Source: Terrimicrobiaceae bacterium
GTDB lineage: Bacteria; Verrucomicrobiota; Verrucomicrobiia; Chthoniobacterales; Terrimicrobiaceae
DNA: 46,017 nt
NCBI GenBank assembly: GCA_044342325.1
Contig: JBIIPZ010000027.1
Location: 1 to 46,017 of the forward strand
Direction: 5' to 3'
Shown here: positions 20,274 to 31,337 of the stretch, piece by piece
Layout of the letters: each line of letters starts with the position of its first letter
Numbering within the stretch: the first letter of the stretch is position 1
Notes under the pieces: generated by a model
What the model saw: only the letters and a program-made list of their open reading frames with translations
What the model was told of the DNA's origin: nothing
Databases searched by the model: none
Made by a program: the position numbers and the translations under genes

Positions 20274-20917
20274 ATTGTGAAACGCCAATCGATGGGCGCA
20301 TTGATGCCGCCCTCGACCATTGCGCGGAACATGCGCGTGGGGAGGGGATTCAACTCTCGGAAGTCATATCGCGGATTGGATCGAACTCGTTCTGCTTCGC
20401 CGCTTTTCTTCTCGCTGTTCCTTTTGTGCAACCGCTGCCACTTGGTCCTTTGACCATGATTTGCGGGGCTACCTTTGTGGCACTCGGTTGGCAGATGGTT
20501 CGGGGCAAGAGTCGTCCGGAATTGCCTAAAGCGGCTGGCGAACTGCGCATTCAGGGCAAATTCTGGCTGGCTGTATTGGGATTCTCTCGAAAACTCCTCA
20601 AATTCTGTCGTATCTTCACCCGCGAGCGTTTGGAGTCCTGGATCAGCGGTGATCGTGGCCATCGCCTCGTCGGATGGTTGATTCTTGTAGGCGGAGCGTT
20701 GCTGGCCATTCCCCTCGCAAACCTTCCGCTGAACAATTTCTTCCCCGCTCTCATGATTGTTTTTGCCTGTCTGGGCTGGCTGGAGCGCGATGGACTCATG
20801 ATTTTGGTGTCACTGGCTTGGGGAGTGGTGACAATTATCTACTTCGCGCTTGTCACTCTCGCCCTCATCTTTTTCGGCAAGCAAGTCTTCGAGTGGCTGA
20901 ATTTTCTACCCAATTGA
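20270..20917 (+). CDS. ExoD-family membrane protein
   Basis: FLLAVPF.QPLP..LGWQM, IPL...NFFPA....LGWLERDGL; ATGA overlap. Confidence 0.85.
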   Translation: MNCETPIDGRIDAALDHCAEHARGEGIQLSEVISRIGSNSFCFAAFLLAVPFVQPLPLGPLTMICGATFVALGWQMVRGKSRPELPKAAGELRIQGKFWLAVLGFSRKLLKFCRIFTRERLESWISGDRGHRLVGWLILVGGALLAIPLANLPLNNFFPALMIVFACLGWLERDGLMILVSLAWGVVTIIYFALVTLALIFFGKQVFEWLNFLPN

Positions 20918-20920
20918 GAT

Positions 20921-21853
20921 ATGAACATTCCTGAAAACCTTGCCCAATCCACCGACGAGGCCCTGCTGTCCATCTGCCTGTTCGCAGCATTCTGCGACGG
21001 GAGCCAATCCGCCTCCGAGCGAAATGAGATCTCGCGCCTCTGCGAAGAAATGGGCTTGGGCGACCCCGGGCTGATCTCCCGCCGCATTCTCACCGGCCGC
21101 CTTGAATTGCCTGCCGTCGTGGCCGCATTGGCAAATCCCAACGAGCGCCTCCTCGCTTATGAAATGGCTCTTGGCGTTTGTGAGTCGGATGGTTCGCTTT
21201 CGGATGGCGAAAAAAAGTTTCTCCAAGAGTTGCAAGGGCAACTTGGCCTCAATCCCGGCGAAGCCCCGAAAGAAACTGCTTTGCCAGACTATCCACTCGT
21301 CCCGGTCGCTCCCGCAGCACCTGCGCCATCCGCTGTCGATAACAATGGCACAATTCTCAAATACGCGATTCTGAACGGTGCCCTCGAACTTCTTCCAGAC
21401 ACCCTGGCTACGATGGCGATCATTCCCCTGCAGATGAAAATGGTCCACGGCATCGGTCGCTCCTACGGAGTCGAGCTCGATCGCTCTAGTATCAAGGAAT
21501 TCCTCGCCGTCGCAGGCGTCGGCCTCGGGTCCCAAGTGGTCGAGGGTTTCGCCCGAAAACTCATGCGTGGAATAGGAAAAAAAGTCGCCGGCAAGCTCGC
21601 TGGCAAAGCCGCCGACCAAATCACCGGCTCCGCCTTCTCGTTCGCCTCCACTTACGCCCTCGGCCAACTGGCTGAAAAATATTATCAAGGCGGCCGTCGC
21701 TTGGACACCGCATCGTCTCGCCAACTCTTCACCAGCCTGCAATCCCAGGCCCGCGACATGCACACCCGCTACCTCCCGCAAATTCAGGAAAAGGCAAAGT
21801 CCATCAACCCCGCCTCCATCCTGCAAATGGTCACAGGCTCGAACCCTGTTTGA
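20921..21853 (+). CDS. TerB-like + DUF697/YcjF-like fusion protein
   Basis: N-terminal AAFCDG..ERNEI / CESDG..EKKFL (TerB pattern), Pro-rich linker, C-terminal IIPLQMKMVHGIGRSYG..ASTYALG (DUF697 pattern). Confidence 0.75.
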   Translation: MNIPENLAQSTDEALLSICLFAAFCDGSQSASERNEISRLCEEMGLGDPGLISRRILTGRLELPAVVAALANPNERLLAYEMALGVCESDGSLSDGEKKFLQELQGQLGLNPGEAPKETALPDYPLVPVAPAAPAPSAVDNNGTILKYAILNGALELLPDTLATMAIIPLQMKMVHGIGRSYGVELDRSSIKEFLAVAGVGLGSQVVEGFARKLMRGIGKKVAGKLAGKAADQITGSAFSFASTYALGQLAEKYYQGGRRLDTASSRQLFTSLQSQARDMHTRYLPQIQEKAKSINPASILQMVTGSNPV

Positions 21854-21900
21854 TCACACCCCGCCGCGAACAATTCCCATCCCTCGGCCTCAGTCGGGCA

Positions 21901-21928
21901 AAAAATTTGAACGATCGTCCAAATTTTT
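21901..21928. terminator. 28-bp near-perfect palindrome between convergent genes
   Basis: aaaaatttgaacgatcgtccaaattttt, one mismatched pair, A/T tails on both ends. Confidence 0.5.
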
Positions 21929-21940
21929 GGTTCAATCGAA

Positions 21941-22921
<981 letters not shown>

Positions 22922-22924
22922 GGG

Positions 22925-25426
22925 TCAGGACTTTTTCGTGATGCGGGTGAATCCACACCGCAAGGCAGCGTTTTCTACGAGGTCTGTCACGCGCCGCTGG
23001 AGGCGGCGGGCTCGGCGGACGAGGACCAAAACGAAGATGGCGTAGGGAACCCATGGCCACCAGTGGGCATTCGGGATGATCAGCTGCTGATAAGCTAAAA
23101 TCGCGAGCAGGATGAAATTCATCAAAATCGTGGTCGCCACCATGCGAAGTTTCAGGTGAACACGCGTCAGGCATTTCGGCCCGCCGTGGTATTCGGTGAC
23201 CGAGCGCATTTGAATGCCCCACCAGAAGCTGCCGTAGATTTGGACATCCCAGTCCTTCCAGCCTGTATCGATCGAGTAGTTCCAGCCTTCGCTTTCGAGT
23301 GCGCCGATTGTTTCCTTGAGCAGGAGCTCGCGTCCATGGCCATTCTCGCTCCAGAAGCGAAGGTTGCTGGTGCTGCCACGCGAGCGTTTGAAGTTCTTTT
23401 CCTGTGTTGCAATGACCGCCGGGGGAGTGCGCTTGAATTTGAGCCAAGTGAAATAGCGGGCCCATCCACGCACGAGCGGTTGGGCCAATGCGAGAAACGC
23501 AACCAGTAGGCGTGCCGGAACCGTGTCATGCTTGGCCTCCAAGCGCGCATGAATCATATAGGAGAGGGCTACGAGCAGGGTTCCTCCAAACATGAGGTAA
23601 GGCACGATGCGCAGGAAGGGGACTGGTATGGATGCCGCAAAGACCAATGCCGTCAGCGCGACCCACTCGATGCTGCTTAGGTAGGCGGCGACATCCGACT
23701 GCGGGGTGGGGTAGATGGATTGGAAAAGCCCCTCGCCAAAGATGCCGTGATAAATAATTGGCTTGTTGACGAGCCAAGTGAAGCGCGGTGCGCCGTAGAT
23801 CTGGCCCTTCCACTTGGCTGTGCCGGTGGGGCCGAAGAACACGAGGTGCTGGAATCGTAGCATGGATTCCGCTTCGCCGTAGCCTTCCTGCTGTTTGCGG
23901 AAGGCTTGCAAAGTGAAGCGCCGATAGTGCCAGACGATCGCGGCCGGGCTGAAGGCGATCACGCCGCCGCTTTGTTGCAGGCGCCAGCAGAAGTCCACAT
24001 CGTCACCCGCCTTGCGGTATTCCGGATCGAAGCCGCCAACTTGGTTGAACGCCCAACGGTGGAATGCCATGTTGCAGCCGGGAATGTGCTCGGCCACGAC
24101 ATCAGTGAGCAACACATGGCTCGGTCCACCGGGAGCTGCAGCCACGCAGGCTTGGACCCAGTTTTCCGCAGGTGGCGAAATATTCGGTCCGCCGACTCCC
24201 GCGAAGTCTCCGCTCAGCAGTGTGCCCATGAGATAGTAAAGCCAGTCTGGGTCTGCCATGCAGTCGCTGTCCGTGTAAACAATGACATCCCCCGTTGATT
24301 CATGGGCGCCGACATTTCGGGCGAAGCTTAGGCCTTTGTTTTCTTGGCGGATATTTTTGATCCAGGGATGCCGCGCCGCGATTTCCTGCGTGTCATCCTT
24401 GGAGCCGTCATCCACGAGGACGACCTCGTAGTTTGGATAATTGATGTCCTTGAGCGAGGTCAGGCAGCGCTCGAGCGTTTTGCCACCGTTGTAGGAGCAG
24501 ACGATCACCGAGGCTTTCGGATACTCGCGCAGCTTCACACGAGAGGTCATGGAGCCTTCTCCGAAGAAGAGGCCCTTCACGGTCTCGAAGGCTGGTTTTT
24601 TTGTGCGGTCGCGCCGCACCAAGCCGAATGCCCAGTCTAAAATTTCCTGTCCACCGCGGAACCATTCATCCGTCCAAGCATAGACAATCGTGCCGGCGAG
24701 ACCTCCGCGAACAACGCTTTCGATGTGCCAGCGCAGCATCTCCGCCTGCTCCTCCTCAGGATGCCGGATCGTATCCATGCCGAATTCACCGAGGATGAGC
24801 GGCTTGTCGTCGGCCAGATTTTGAAGGCGCGCCAGGTAGCGGTCGAAATCATCTTGTCGGTGCAGGTAGACATTGAATGTCACAAAGTCGCTATTCTGCG
24901 GCAGAAGATACTCGGTGGGAGGATAGCTGGCGTAGGAGAAAAGCGCGCGCGGGTCCTCCTCTCGGCCTATGTTGATCAGTTGCTCGACGAATTCCGTGAC
25001 CTGGCGCGCACCCAGCCATCGCACCATGGTCGTCGGGATTTCATTGCCGACCAGATAGCCAAAGACGGCCGGATGCCCAGCGTTTTTTCTGACCCCATCG
25101 CGAACAGCCTTCTTCGCCTCATTGCGGATTTTCTGGTTGTTAAGAAATTCGAGATGCTCCGCCCATGGAATCGAAATGAGGGCGCGAATGCCCCGCGAGG
25201 CGCACAGATCCAAGAACCAGCGTGGCGGCACATAGTAAATGCGCACGAGGTTCACGCCCGCCTCGACCATCATGTCGAAATCCTTGGCCGCCGCCTCGGG
25301 AGTCCCAAAGTGGTCGCCCTGCGCATCAGGTGCAAAAGGACCGTAGGTCACCCCCTTGATGAAAAACTTTTTATCCCCCTCGAAGAAAAACTTGGCGCGC
25401 ACGCGCACTGGCTGCATTTCAGTCAC
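22925..25426 (-). CDS. Fusion of a clan GH-A (GH2-like) TIM barrel and a GT2 glycosyltransferase with C-terminal TM helices
   Basis: VGNEIP and ILGEFG catalytic Glu motifs; GT2 DDGS, DSD, GDDVD, QQxGY; hydrophobic C-terminus. Start is GTG 25426 or ATG 25417. Confidence 0.88.
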   Translation of the reverse strand: MTEMQPVRVRAKFFFEGDKKFFIKGVTYGPFAPDAQGDHFGTPEAAAKDFDMMVEAGVNLVRIYYVPPRWFLDLCASRGIRALISIPWAEHLEFLNNQKIRNEAKKAVRDGVRKNAGHPAVFGYLVGNEIPTTMVRWLGARQVTEFVEQLINIGREEDPRALFSYASYPPTEYLLPQNSDFVTFNVYLHRQDDFDRYLARLQNLADDKPLILGEFGMDTIRHPEEEQAEMLRWHIESVVRGGLAGTIVYAWTDEWFRGGQEILDWAFGLVRRDRTKKPAFETVKGLFFGEGSMTSRVKLREYPKASVIVCSYNGGKTLERCLTSLKDINYPNYEVVLVDDGSKDDTQEIAARHPWIKNIRQENKGLSFARNVGAHESTGDVIVYTDSDCMADPDWLYYLMGTLLSGDFAGVGGPNISPPAENWVQACVAAAPGGPSHVLLTDVVAEHIPGCNMAFHRWAFNQVGGFDPEYRKAGDDVDFCWRLQQSGGVIAFSPAAIVWHYRRFTLQAFRKQQEGYGEAESMLRFQHLVFFGPTGTAKWKGQIYGAPRFTWLVNKPIIYHGIFGEGLFQSIYPTPQSDVAAYLSSIEWVALTALVFAASIPVPFLRIVPYLMFGGTLLVALSYMIHARLEAKHDTVPARLLVAFLALAQPLVRGWARYFTWLKFKRTPPAVIATQEKNFKRSRGSTSNLRFWSENGHGRELLLKETIGALESEGWNYSIDTGWKDWDVQIYGSFWWGIQMRSVTEYHGGPKCLTRVHLKLRMVATTILMNFILLAILAYQQLIIPNAHWWPWVPYAIFVLVLVRRARRLQRRVTDLVENAALRCGFTRITKKS

Positions 25427-25766
25427 ATCGGATGGTATAAATCGGCCTCAAAAAAATGCGAGAGCGTATTTTTAAGGCAATAAACTGCCGGAGAGCACGC
25501 GATCAACGGCTTCGCTTTGGACTCCCACCGTAGACACTTCGTCGTGTCACTCCGCACCTCATGCTTACGCGACAGCGCAAAACGCGACCTGCGGAGGGGC
25601 GTCCCCCGTTCGTCTCGGCCCTTTGGTCGGTCAACAGTTCGAGATTATCCCACAAAGGCTCGCGCCCATTTCTATGCTTTTTGAGTTTAAACTTTTTGTT
25701 CGTTCCAGCTCAGATTGTTTTTACTTCCCTCTTTCATGTCGGAGGAACTTCTGACAGTTGATCTTG

Positions 25767-26465
25767 CTATGGTGTAGGCTGAATCGATCGGGAACCGAAA
25801 ATGGCTGAACCAATCCTCACGATGGTCGCCCCCTCCGCAATGCCTTCCTCGAAATCCCCGCTCATTCCCATGGAAAGTTCCTTGAGCGGATGCCCACTCG
25901 CGGCAGAGAGAGCGTCGCGCAGTTTCCTCAATCCCTCGAAAACCGGCCTGGCGGACTCGGGATTTTCGGAAAACGGAGCCATCGTCATGAGCCCCTCGAT
26001 GCCAAGGTGGGGTAGGGGAAGAAGCTCCTCCAAGGCAGCGGATAGCGAGGTGGGAGTGAAGCCGAATTTGCTCTCCTCGCCGGAGACATTCACCTCGAGA
26101 AGGATACTGGCTGTAACGCCAAATTCCCCAGCGATGCGGTTCATTTGCAAGGCGAGGGCGGTATTGTCCACGCCATGGAATAAAGCAAAACGCCCGATCA
26201 CTTTGCGGACCTTATTGGTTTGCAGATGGCCGATGAGATGCCATTCCAGATCGGTTGGCAGGGCGTCGATTTTAGGCAGGGCGTCCTGGACGCGGTTTTC
26301 TCCAAAACACTGCTGACCGGCTTCGATGGCCTCCCGGATGATTTCCGGCGGATAAGTTTTCGAGACAGCCACGAGTTTGACCTCCTTGGCGGAACGCCCA
26401 TTCCGCTCTGCGGCGTTGGCAATGCGTTGCCTGATAAATTCGAGATTTTCAGCGATCTGGCTCAT
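25767..26465 (-). CDS. yggS: PLP homeostasis protein (YggS/PROSC)
   Basis: [46 protein letters not shown]. Confidence 0.97.
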   Translation of the reverse strand: MSQIAENLEFIRQRIANAAERNGRSAKEVKLVAVSKTYPPEIIREAIEAGQQCFGENRVQDALPKIDALPTDLEWHLIGHLQTNKVRKVIGRFALFHGVDNTALALQMNRIAGEFGVTASILLEVNVSGEESKFGFTPTSLSAALEELLPLPHLGIEGLMTMAPFSENPESARPVFEGLRKLRDALSAASGHPLKELSMGMSGDFEEGIAEGATIVRIGSAIFGSRSIQPTP

Positions 26466-26542
26466 TTCCGAAATTCTTACATGCCCTACCTATCGCCCGC
26501 GATGACTTTTGTGTATCATCTCATCCGAAATCTTTCTCCATC

Positions 26543-29131
26543 ATGCGTCCTGAAAAATTCACCATCAAACTTCGCGAGGCCCTGAATTCCGCCATGGAGA
26601 CGGCCTCGAAAAACGAGAATCCCGAGATCACCTGCGAGCACTTGCTTGCCGCTCTTGTCGCCCAGTCTGACGGTCTCACCCGCCCGCTCTGCGAAAAGCT
26701 CGGCGTCTCGGTGCCAGCCCTCGAAGGGCGATTGAAGGATGCCATTGCTGCGCTGGCCCATGTGCGCGGCGGTTCGCAGTCGCAGTTCTCGAACGAGCTG
26801 AACAAAGTGTTACAGGCCGCCGAGGGCGAGATGGCCATGCTCAAGGACGATTTTGTGAGTGTGGAGCATTTCCTCCTCGCCTTGCTCACCACCAATTACG
26901 CCGCCGCGAAAATGCTCAAGGACAGCGGTGTGACGCGCGACAAGCTCATGCAGGCCCTCGTCGCCGTGCGTGGCAGCCAGCGCGTCACCGATCAAGACCC
27001 GGAGGGTAAATACCAGACGCTGGAAAAATACGGCCGTGACCTCACCGCCGCTGCCCGCGCCGGCAAGATCGACCCCGTTATTGGCCGCGACGACGAGATT
27101 CGTCGCACGATGCAGGTCCTCTCCCGCCGCTCCAAAAACAACCCCGTGCTTATCGGCGAGCCCGGCGTCGGCAAGACCGCTATCGTTGAGGGTCTCGCCC
27201 GCCGCATCGTCAGCGGCGATGTGCCGGAATCCCTCAAAAACAAACGACTCATCGCGATGGATATTGGCTCGATGGTCGCCGGCGCCAAGTTTCGCGGCGA
27301 ATTCGAAGATCGTCTGAAGGCGTTTCTCAAAGAAGTCACCGCCAGCGAGGGCGAGGTCATTCTTTTCATCGATGAGCTACACACCATCGTCGGAGCTGGA
27401 GCCGCCGAGGGCTCAATGGATGCCTCAAATCTCCTGAAACCCCAGCTCGCTCGTGGCGAACTCCACACCATCGGAGCCACCACGCTCAACGAATATCGCA
27501 AATACATCGAAAAGGACGCCGCCCTCGAGCGCCGCTTCCAGCCAGTGATGGTCGGCGAGCCAAGTGTCGAGGACACCATAGCCATTCTTCGCGGACTCAA
27601 GGAACGCTACGAGGTCCATCACGGCGTGCGCATCCAAGATGCCGCCCTCATCGCCTCCGCCGTTTTGAGCCACCGCTACATCAGCGACCGCTTCCTGCCT
27701 GACAAAGCCGTCGATCTCATGGATGAGGCCGCATCCCGTCTCAAGATCGAGTTGGAATCCCTGCCGACCGAAATCGACCAGCTCGAACGCCAGATCATGC
27801 AGCTCGAGATGGAGCGCGAGGCCCTCAAAAAAGAAAAAGACGCCGCCAGCCGCGAGCGCCTCGAAAAGCTCGAGCGCGAACTCGCCGAGGTGAAGGAACA
27901 GGCCTCCACGCTCCGTGCCCAGTGGCTCAAGGAAAAAGAAGAAATCGGAAAGACCCAAAAAGTCGCCGAGCGTGTCGAGCAGCTCCGCGCCGAACTCGAG
28001 CAGGCCCAGCGCCGAGGCGACCTGCACCGCGCCAGCGAGATCCAATACGGACTCCTCCCCGACATGGAGCGCGAACTGAAAAAAATGGAGCACGCCGCGC
28101 CTGCGGGGGATTCCGGTATAAAAGCCACCGCCATTCTCCGCGAGGAGGTCACCGAGGAGGACATCGCCAAAGTCGTTGCCACTTGGACCGGCATCCCCGT
28201 TTCCCGCCTCCAAGAAGGCGAGCGCGCCAAGCTCGTGAAAATGGAGGAACGCCTTATGGAGCGAGTCGTCGGCCAGCAGCAGGCCATCAAAGCCGTTTCC
28301 AATGCCGTCCGCCGCGCCCGCGCCGGCCTGCAGGACGAGAATCGCCCCATTGGCTCGTTCCTCTTCCTCGGCCCCACAGGCGTTGGCAAAACCGAACTCT
28401 CCAAAGCTCTCGCGGAATTTCTCTTCGACGACGAAGGCGCCATCATCCGCCTCGACATGTCCGAATACATGGAGAAGCACACCGTAGCCCGCCTCATCGG
28501 AGCCCCTCCCGGCTATGTCGGCTACGAGGAGGGCGGCCAACTCAGCGAGGCCGTGCGCCGCAAGCCTTACTCGGTCGTCCTTTTCGACGAGGTGGAAAAA
28601 GCCCACCCCGATGTCTTCAATGTCCTCCTTCAAGTCCTCGACGACGGCCGCATCACCGATGGCCAAGGTCGCACGGTGGATTTCAAAAACACCGTCCTCA
28701 TCCTCACCTCAAATATCGGCAGCCAATACATCATGGAAGACTTGCCGAAAGAGGAGCGCAATCGCCGCGTGCAGGAATCCCTTCGGGGCCACTTCCGTCC
28801 CGAGTTTCTGAACCGCATCGATGAGACGATTATATTCGACAGGCTCGACGCCAGCCAGATCACCCACATCGTGGACATCCAGCTCCGCCGCCTCCTCGCC
28901 CGCCTCGCCAAGCAAAACATCACCCTCACGCTCGACGACTCCGCCAAGCTCTTCCTCGGCAAGGAAGGCTACGACCCCGCCTACGGAGCCCGCCCCCTCA
29001 AGCGCGTCATCCAGCGCCAAATCCTCGACCCCCTCAGCCTCGAAATCCTCGACGGCCACTTCGGCGAAGGCGACCACATCCAAGCCATGGAAAAAGATGG
29101 ACGTCTCCAGTTCTCAAAAACTCAGACCTGA
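26543..29131 (+). CDS. clpB: ATP-dependent chaperone ClpB
   Basis: Clp-N repeats, two AAA+ modules ([16 protein letters not shown]), long coiled-coil M domain, GARPLKR. Confidence 0.98.
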   Translation: MRPEKFTIKLREALNSAMETASKNENPEITCEHLLAALVAQSDGLTRPLCEKLGVSVPALEGRLKDAIAALAHVRGGSQSQFSNELNKVLQAAEGEMAMLKDDFVSVEHFLLALLTTNYAAAKMLKDSGVTRDKLMQALVAVRGSQRVTDQDPEGKYQTLEKYGRDLTAAARAGKIDPVIGRDDEIRRTMQVLSRRSKNNPVLIGEPGVGKTAIVEGLARRIVSGDVPESLKNKRLIAMDIGSMVAGAKFRGEFEDRLKAFLKEVTASEGEVILFIDELHTIVGAGAAEGSMDASNLLKPQLARGELHTIGATTLNEYRKYIEKDAALERRFQPVMVGEPSVEDTIAILRGLKERYEVHHGVRIQDAALIASAVLSHRYISDRFLPDKAVDLMDEAASRLKIELESLPTEIDQLERQIMQLEMEREALKKEKDAASRERLEKLERELAEVKEQASTLRAQWLKEKEEIGKTQKVAERVEQLRAELEQAQRRGDLHRASEIQYGLLPDMERELKKMEHAAPAGDSGIKATAILREEVTEEDIAKVVATWTGIPVSRLQEGERAKLVKMEERLMERVVGQQQAIKAVSNAVRRARAGLQDENRPIGSFLFLGPTGVGKTELSKALAEFLFDDEGAIIRLDMSEYMEKHTVARLIGAPPGYVGYEEGGQLSEAVRRKPYSVVLFDEVEKAHPDVFNVLLQVLDDGRITDGQGRTVDFKNTVLILTSNIGSQYIMEDLPKEERNRRVQESLRGHFRPEFLNRIDETIIFDRLDASQITHIVDIQLRRLLARLAKQNITLTLDDSAKLFLGKEGYDPAYGARPLKRVIQRQILDPLSLEILDGHFGEGDHIQAMEKDGRLQFSKTQT

Positions 29132-29174
29132 AAAAGTGACCTCTCAAAGCACCGCCCCTCTCCCAGGGGCTTAG

Positions 29175-30500
29175 CTACTCGAAGGTCAGGCCTTTGGGCA
29201 GTGGGGTTTTGATGCGGGCGCGGAGGCGGGTGAGGAGGCTGTAGAGCCCGAAAAATGTGCGGTTGAGGTAGATGGTGTCGGCTGAGCCTCTTTGTCCCCG
29301 GATGCCGCGGAGGGTGTCGTTTTTTCGATTTTCTTCGCCGAGTTCGTAGATGGCGGACATGAAAGTGGGGTCGCCGAAGTCGAATTGGCCTGTGCGGAAG
29401 GGGCGGGCGAGGAGTTCCAGGGAGGTGTTGCACAGGGCCGTGAGGTGGGCTCGTTGCGCGGGGGTGTCGGAGGGCAGTAGGATGGTCATTGACTCCATCG
29501 CGGCAGTGAGGCGCGCGGGGTTGGTTTCCAGCGCGGGATCGAGAAAGGCGAATTGTTTGGCATGGAAATCCGCATCGATCGATTTGGTGCAGCCGAAGTC
29601 GAGCACGCAAAGGTGGTCGCCGCAGATGAGGAAGTTTCCTGGGTGGGGGTCGGCGTGGAATGTCCGGAGGTTGTGGATTTGGTGGGCGTAGAAATCCCAG
29701 AGCGCTTGCCCGATGCTGTCGCGGACTTCTTGCGGCGCAGGTCCGTCGGCAAAGACATCGAATGGCTCACCGTCCATCCAATCCATCGTGATCACGCGGC
29801 GGTTGGAAAATTCTGGGTGGTATTCCGGGAAGCGGATTTGTGGGAGATGTGCGCAGGCGGCGGAGAGGCTTGTCGCGTTGGTGAGTTCCTTTTCGTAGTC
29901 AGTTTCCTCGAGTAGGCGGGTTTCGACTTCTCGGAAGTAGGCGGCCACATCGCGCTCTCTGAGGCCGAGTATTTGGAGGGCGATGGGTTTCACCACACCG
30001 AGGTCGCTGCGGAGGCTTTCGGCGACTCCGGGATATTGGATTTTTACGGCGAACGTGCGTCTGCCGCGCGTGGCGCGATGCACTTGGCCGATGGAGGCGG
30101 CGTGGGCGGCTTGGGGTTCGAAGGTGTCAAAAACCTCCCGGGGATCTTTCCCAAATTCCCTGCGAAATGTTCGCACGACGAGCGGGTAGGAGAGCGGCGG
30201 TGCGGAATACTGGGCGCGGGCGAATTGCTTCGCGTAGGCGGGTGGGAGCAGGGATTGGTCGATGCTGAGCATTTGTGCCAGCTTGAGCGGGCCGCCTTTT
30301 AATTCGCTGAAGGTGCGGAAAACCTCGCTGGCATTTCGTTCCTGGAGGTCATCCGCATCGGCGCGGCCGCTGATAGCTTGGCGTCCGTAGTGCTTGAGAT
30401 AGTTCATGCCGACGCGCGCCCCAGCGCCTGCGAGGGCGGCCATGCGGTCGAGGCGATGGCTGCGGATACTCTCCTGTGCGCTCAAGACATTTTCCCCCAT
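29175..30500 (-). CDS. ABC1/AarF/UbiB (COQ8-like) atypical kinase
   Basis: KLAQ (KxGQ variant), AASIGQVH, AVKIQYPG, HADPHPGN, DFG. Confidence 0.92.
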   Translation of the reverse strand: MGENVLSAQESIRSHRLDRMAALAGAGARVGMNYLKHYGRQAISGRADADDLQERNASEVFRTFSELKGGPLKLAQMLSIDQSLLPPAYAKQFARAQYSAPPLSYPLVVRTFRREFGKDPREVFDTFEPQAAHAASIGQVHRATRGRRTFAVKIQYPGVAESLRSDLGVVKPIALQILGLRERDVAAYFREVETRLLEETDYEKELTNATSLSAACAHLPQIRFPEYHPEFSNRRVITMDWMDGEPFDVFADGPAPQEVRDSIGQALWDFYAHQIHNLRTFHADPHPGNFLICGDHLCVLDFGCTKSIDADFHAKQFAFLDPALETNPARLTAAMESMTILLPSDTPAQRAHLTALCNTSLELLARPFRTGQFDFGDPTFMSAIYELGEENRKNDTLRGIRGQRGSADTIYLNRTFFGLYSLLTRLRARIKTPLPKGLTFE

Positions 30501-31123
30501 GCGGAGGGTGCGAGGAAGCGGGCGAGATCGAATGCGGAGTCGATCGCCTGCGTGCGGATGACATCGAAGGCAAAGGCGACGGTTTTTTCAATGAAGGCAT
30601 CGGTGCGCTCGAAGCGTTGGCTTTCATCCTTGAGGAGGAAAGCGATCACTGCCCGGAAGTGGATGTATAAAACAGCGGGATAGAGGGCTTGTAGTGGTCC
30701 GCGGGATGCTATTTCGCCTGTTGAGAGGCCGTGGTCGATGATGTCTGATGCGAAGGTTTTGAAGTGCTCCTCGAAGGCTTTGAGGAATGGTGGGGAGGCC
30801 ACGGGCGCGAGGTGGCTGAAGCGCGAAATCATGAGCGAGCGCCAGTCCAGCGAGGATTCCGTGAAGGCAAAAAGAAATGTCAGATAGCGATGGCGGGCTG
30901 AAAAATCCTTCCAGTCGGCCCCGCTCGAGACTTTGGCAGCCAGTCCCGAAATCCAATCGCCCCAGATCGCGCTTTCGACACTGTCGAGGGATGCGAATTC
31001 TTGAAAAAAATCCCTCTCGGAGAGGTTGAGCGATTTGCAGAAGGCGTGCACGGTATGTGGTGGCGTGCCGTGTTCACGGAGGTGTGTGGTGTAGGCTTCG
31101 ACGATGCGGGTTCGGTTTTCCAT
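30482..31123 (-). CDS. TetR-fold protein with a degenerate HTH
   Basis: N-terminal TVHAFCKSLNLSERDFFQEF HTH-like segment; C-terminal FLLKDESQRFERTDAFIEK; overlaps the kinase gene by 19 bp. Confidence 0.75.
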   Translation of the reverse strand: MENRTRIVEAYTTHLREHGTPPHTVHAFCKSLNLSERDFFQEFASLDSVESAIWGDWISGLAAKVSSGADWKDFSARHRYLTFLFAFTESSLDWRSLMISRFSHLAPVASPPFLKAFEEHFKTFASDIIDHGLSTGEIASRGPLQALYPAVLYIHFRAVIAFLLKDESQRFERTDAFIEKTVAFAFDVIRTQAIDSAFDLARFLAPSAWGKMS

Positions 31124-31219
31124 GGTTTCTTAGAATACGCCCTGCGTAGGCAGATCGATGCGCCGTGAATGTAAAATGATTTGGCTCTGGCCCAGTCGAG
31201 TGAAGGGAAATCCGGAGGG

Positions 31220-31295
31220 TGGTGGAGCCTAGGGGATTCGAACCCCTGACCTCCTCAATGCCATTGAGGCGCTCTACCAACTGAGCTAAGACCCC
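31220..31295 (-). tRNA. tRNA-Ala (GGC)
   Basis: 76-nt cloverleaf GGGGTCTTAGCTCAGTTGGTAGAGCG..TGGCA..GGTTCGAATCCCCTAGGCTCCACCA; G3:U70 pair; encoded CCA. Confidence 0.98.
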
Positions 31296-31337
31296 GTGAA
31301 CGGGAAAGGCGCATACTCGGCGAAAGCTTTGGGAAGA

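Noticed and set aside
27425..28824. Long alternative-frame ORFs within clpB (413, 273 and 300 aa)
   Set aside because: Shadow ORFs produced by GC-rich codon bias in a highly conserved gene.
29132..31219. tRNA-integrated genomic island carrying the kinase/TetR pair
   Set aside because: No integrase and no duplicated tRNA 3' end near the clpB stop.
31074..31280. 68-aa ORF MVERLNGIEEVRGSNPLGST
   Set aside because: Translation of the tRNA-Ala gene, a common false ORF.
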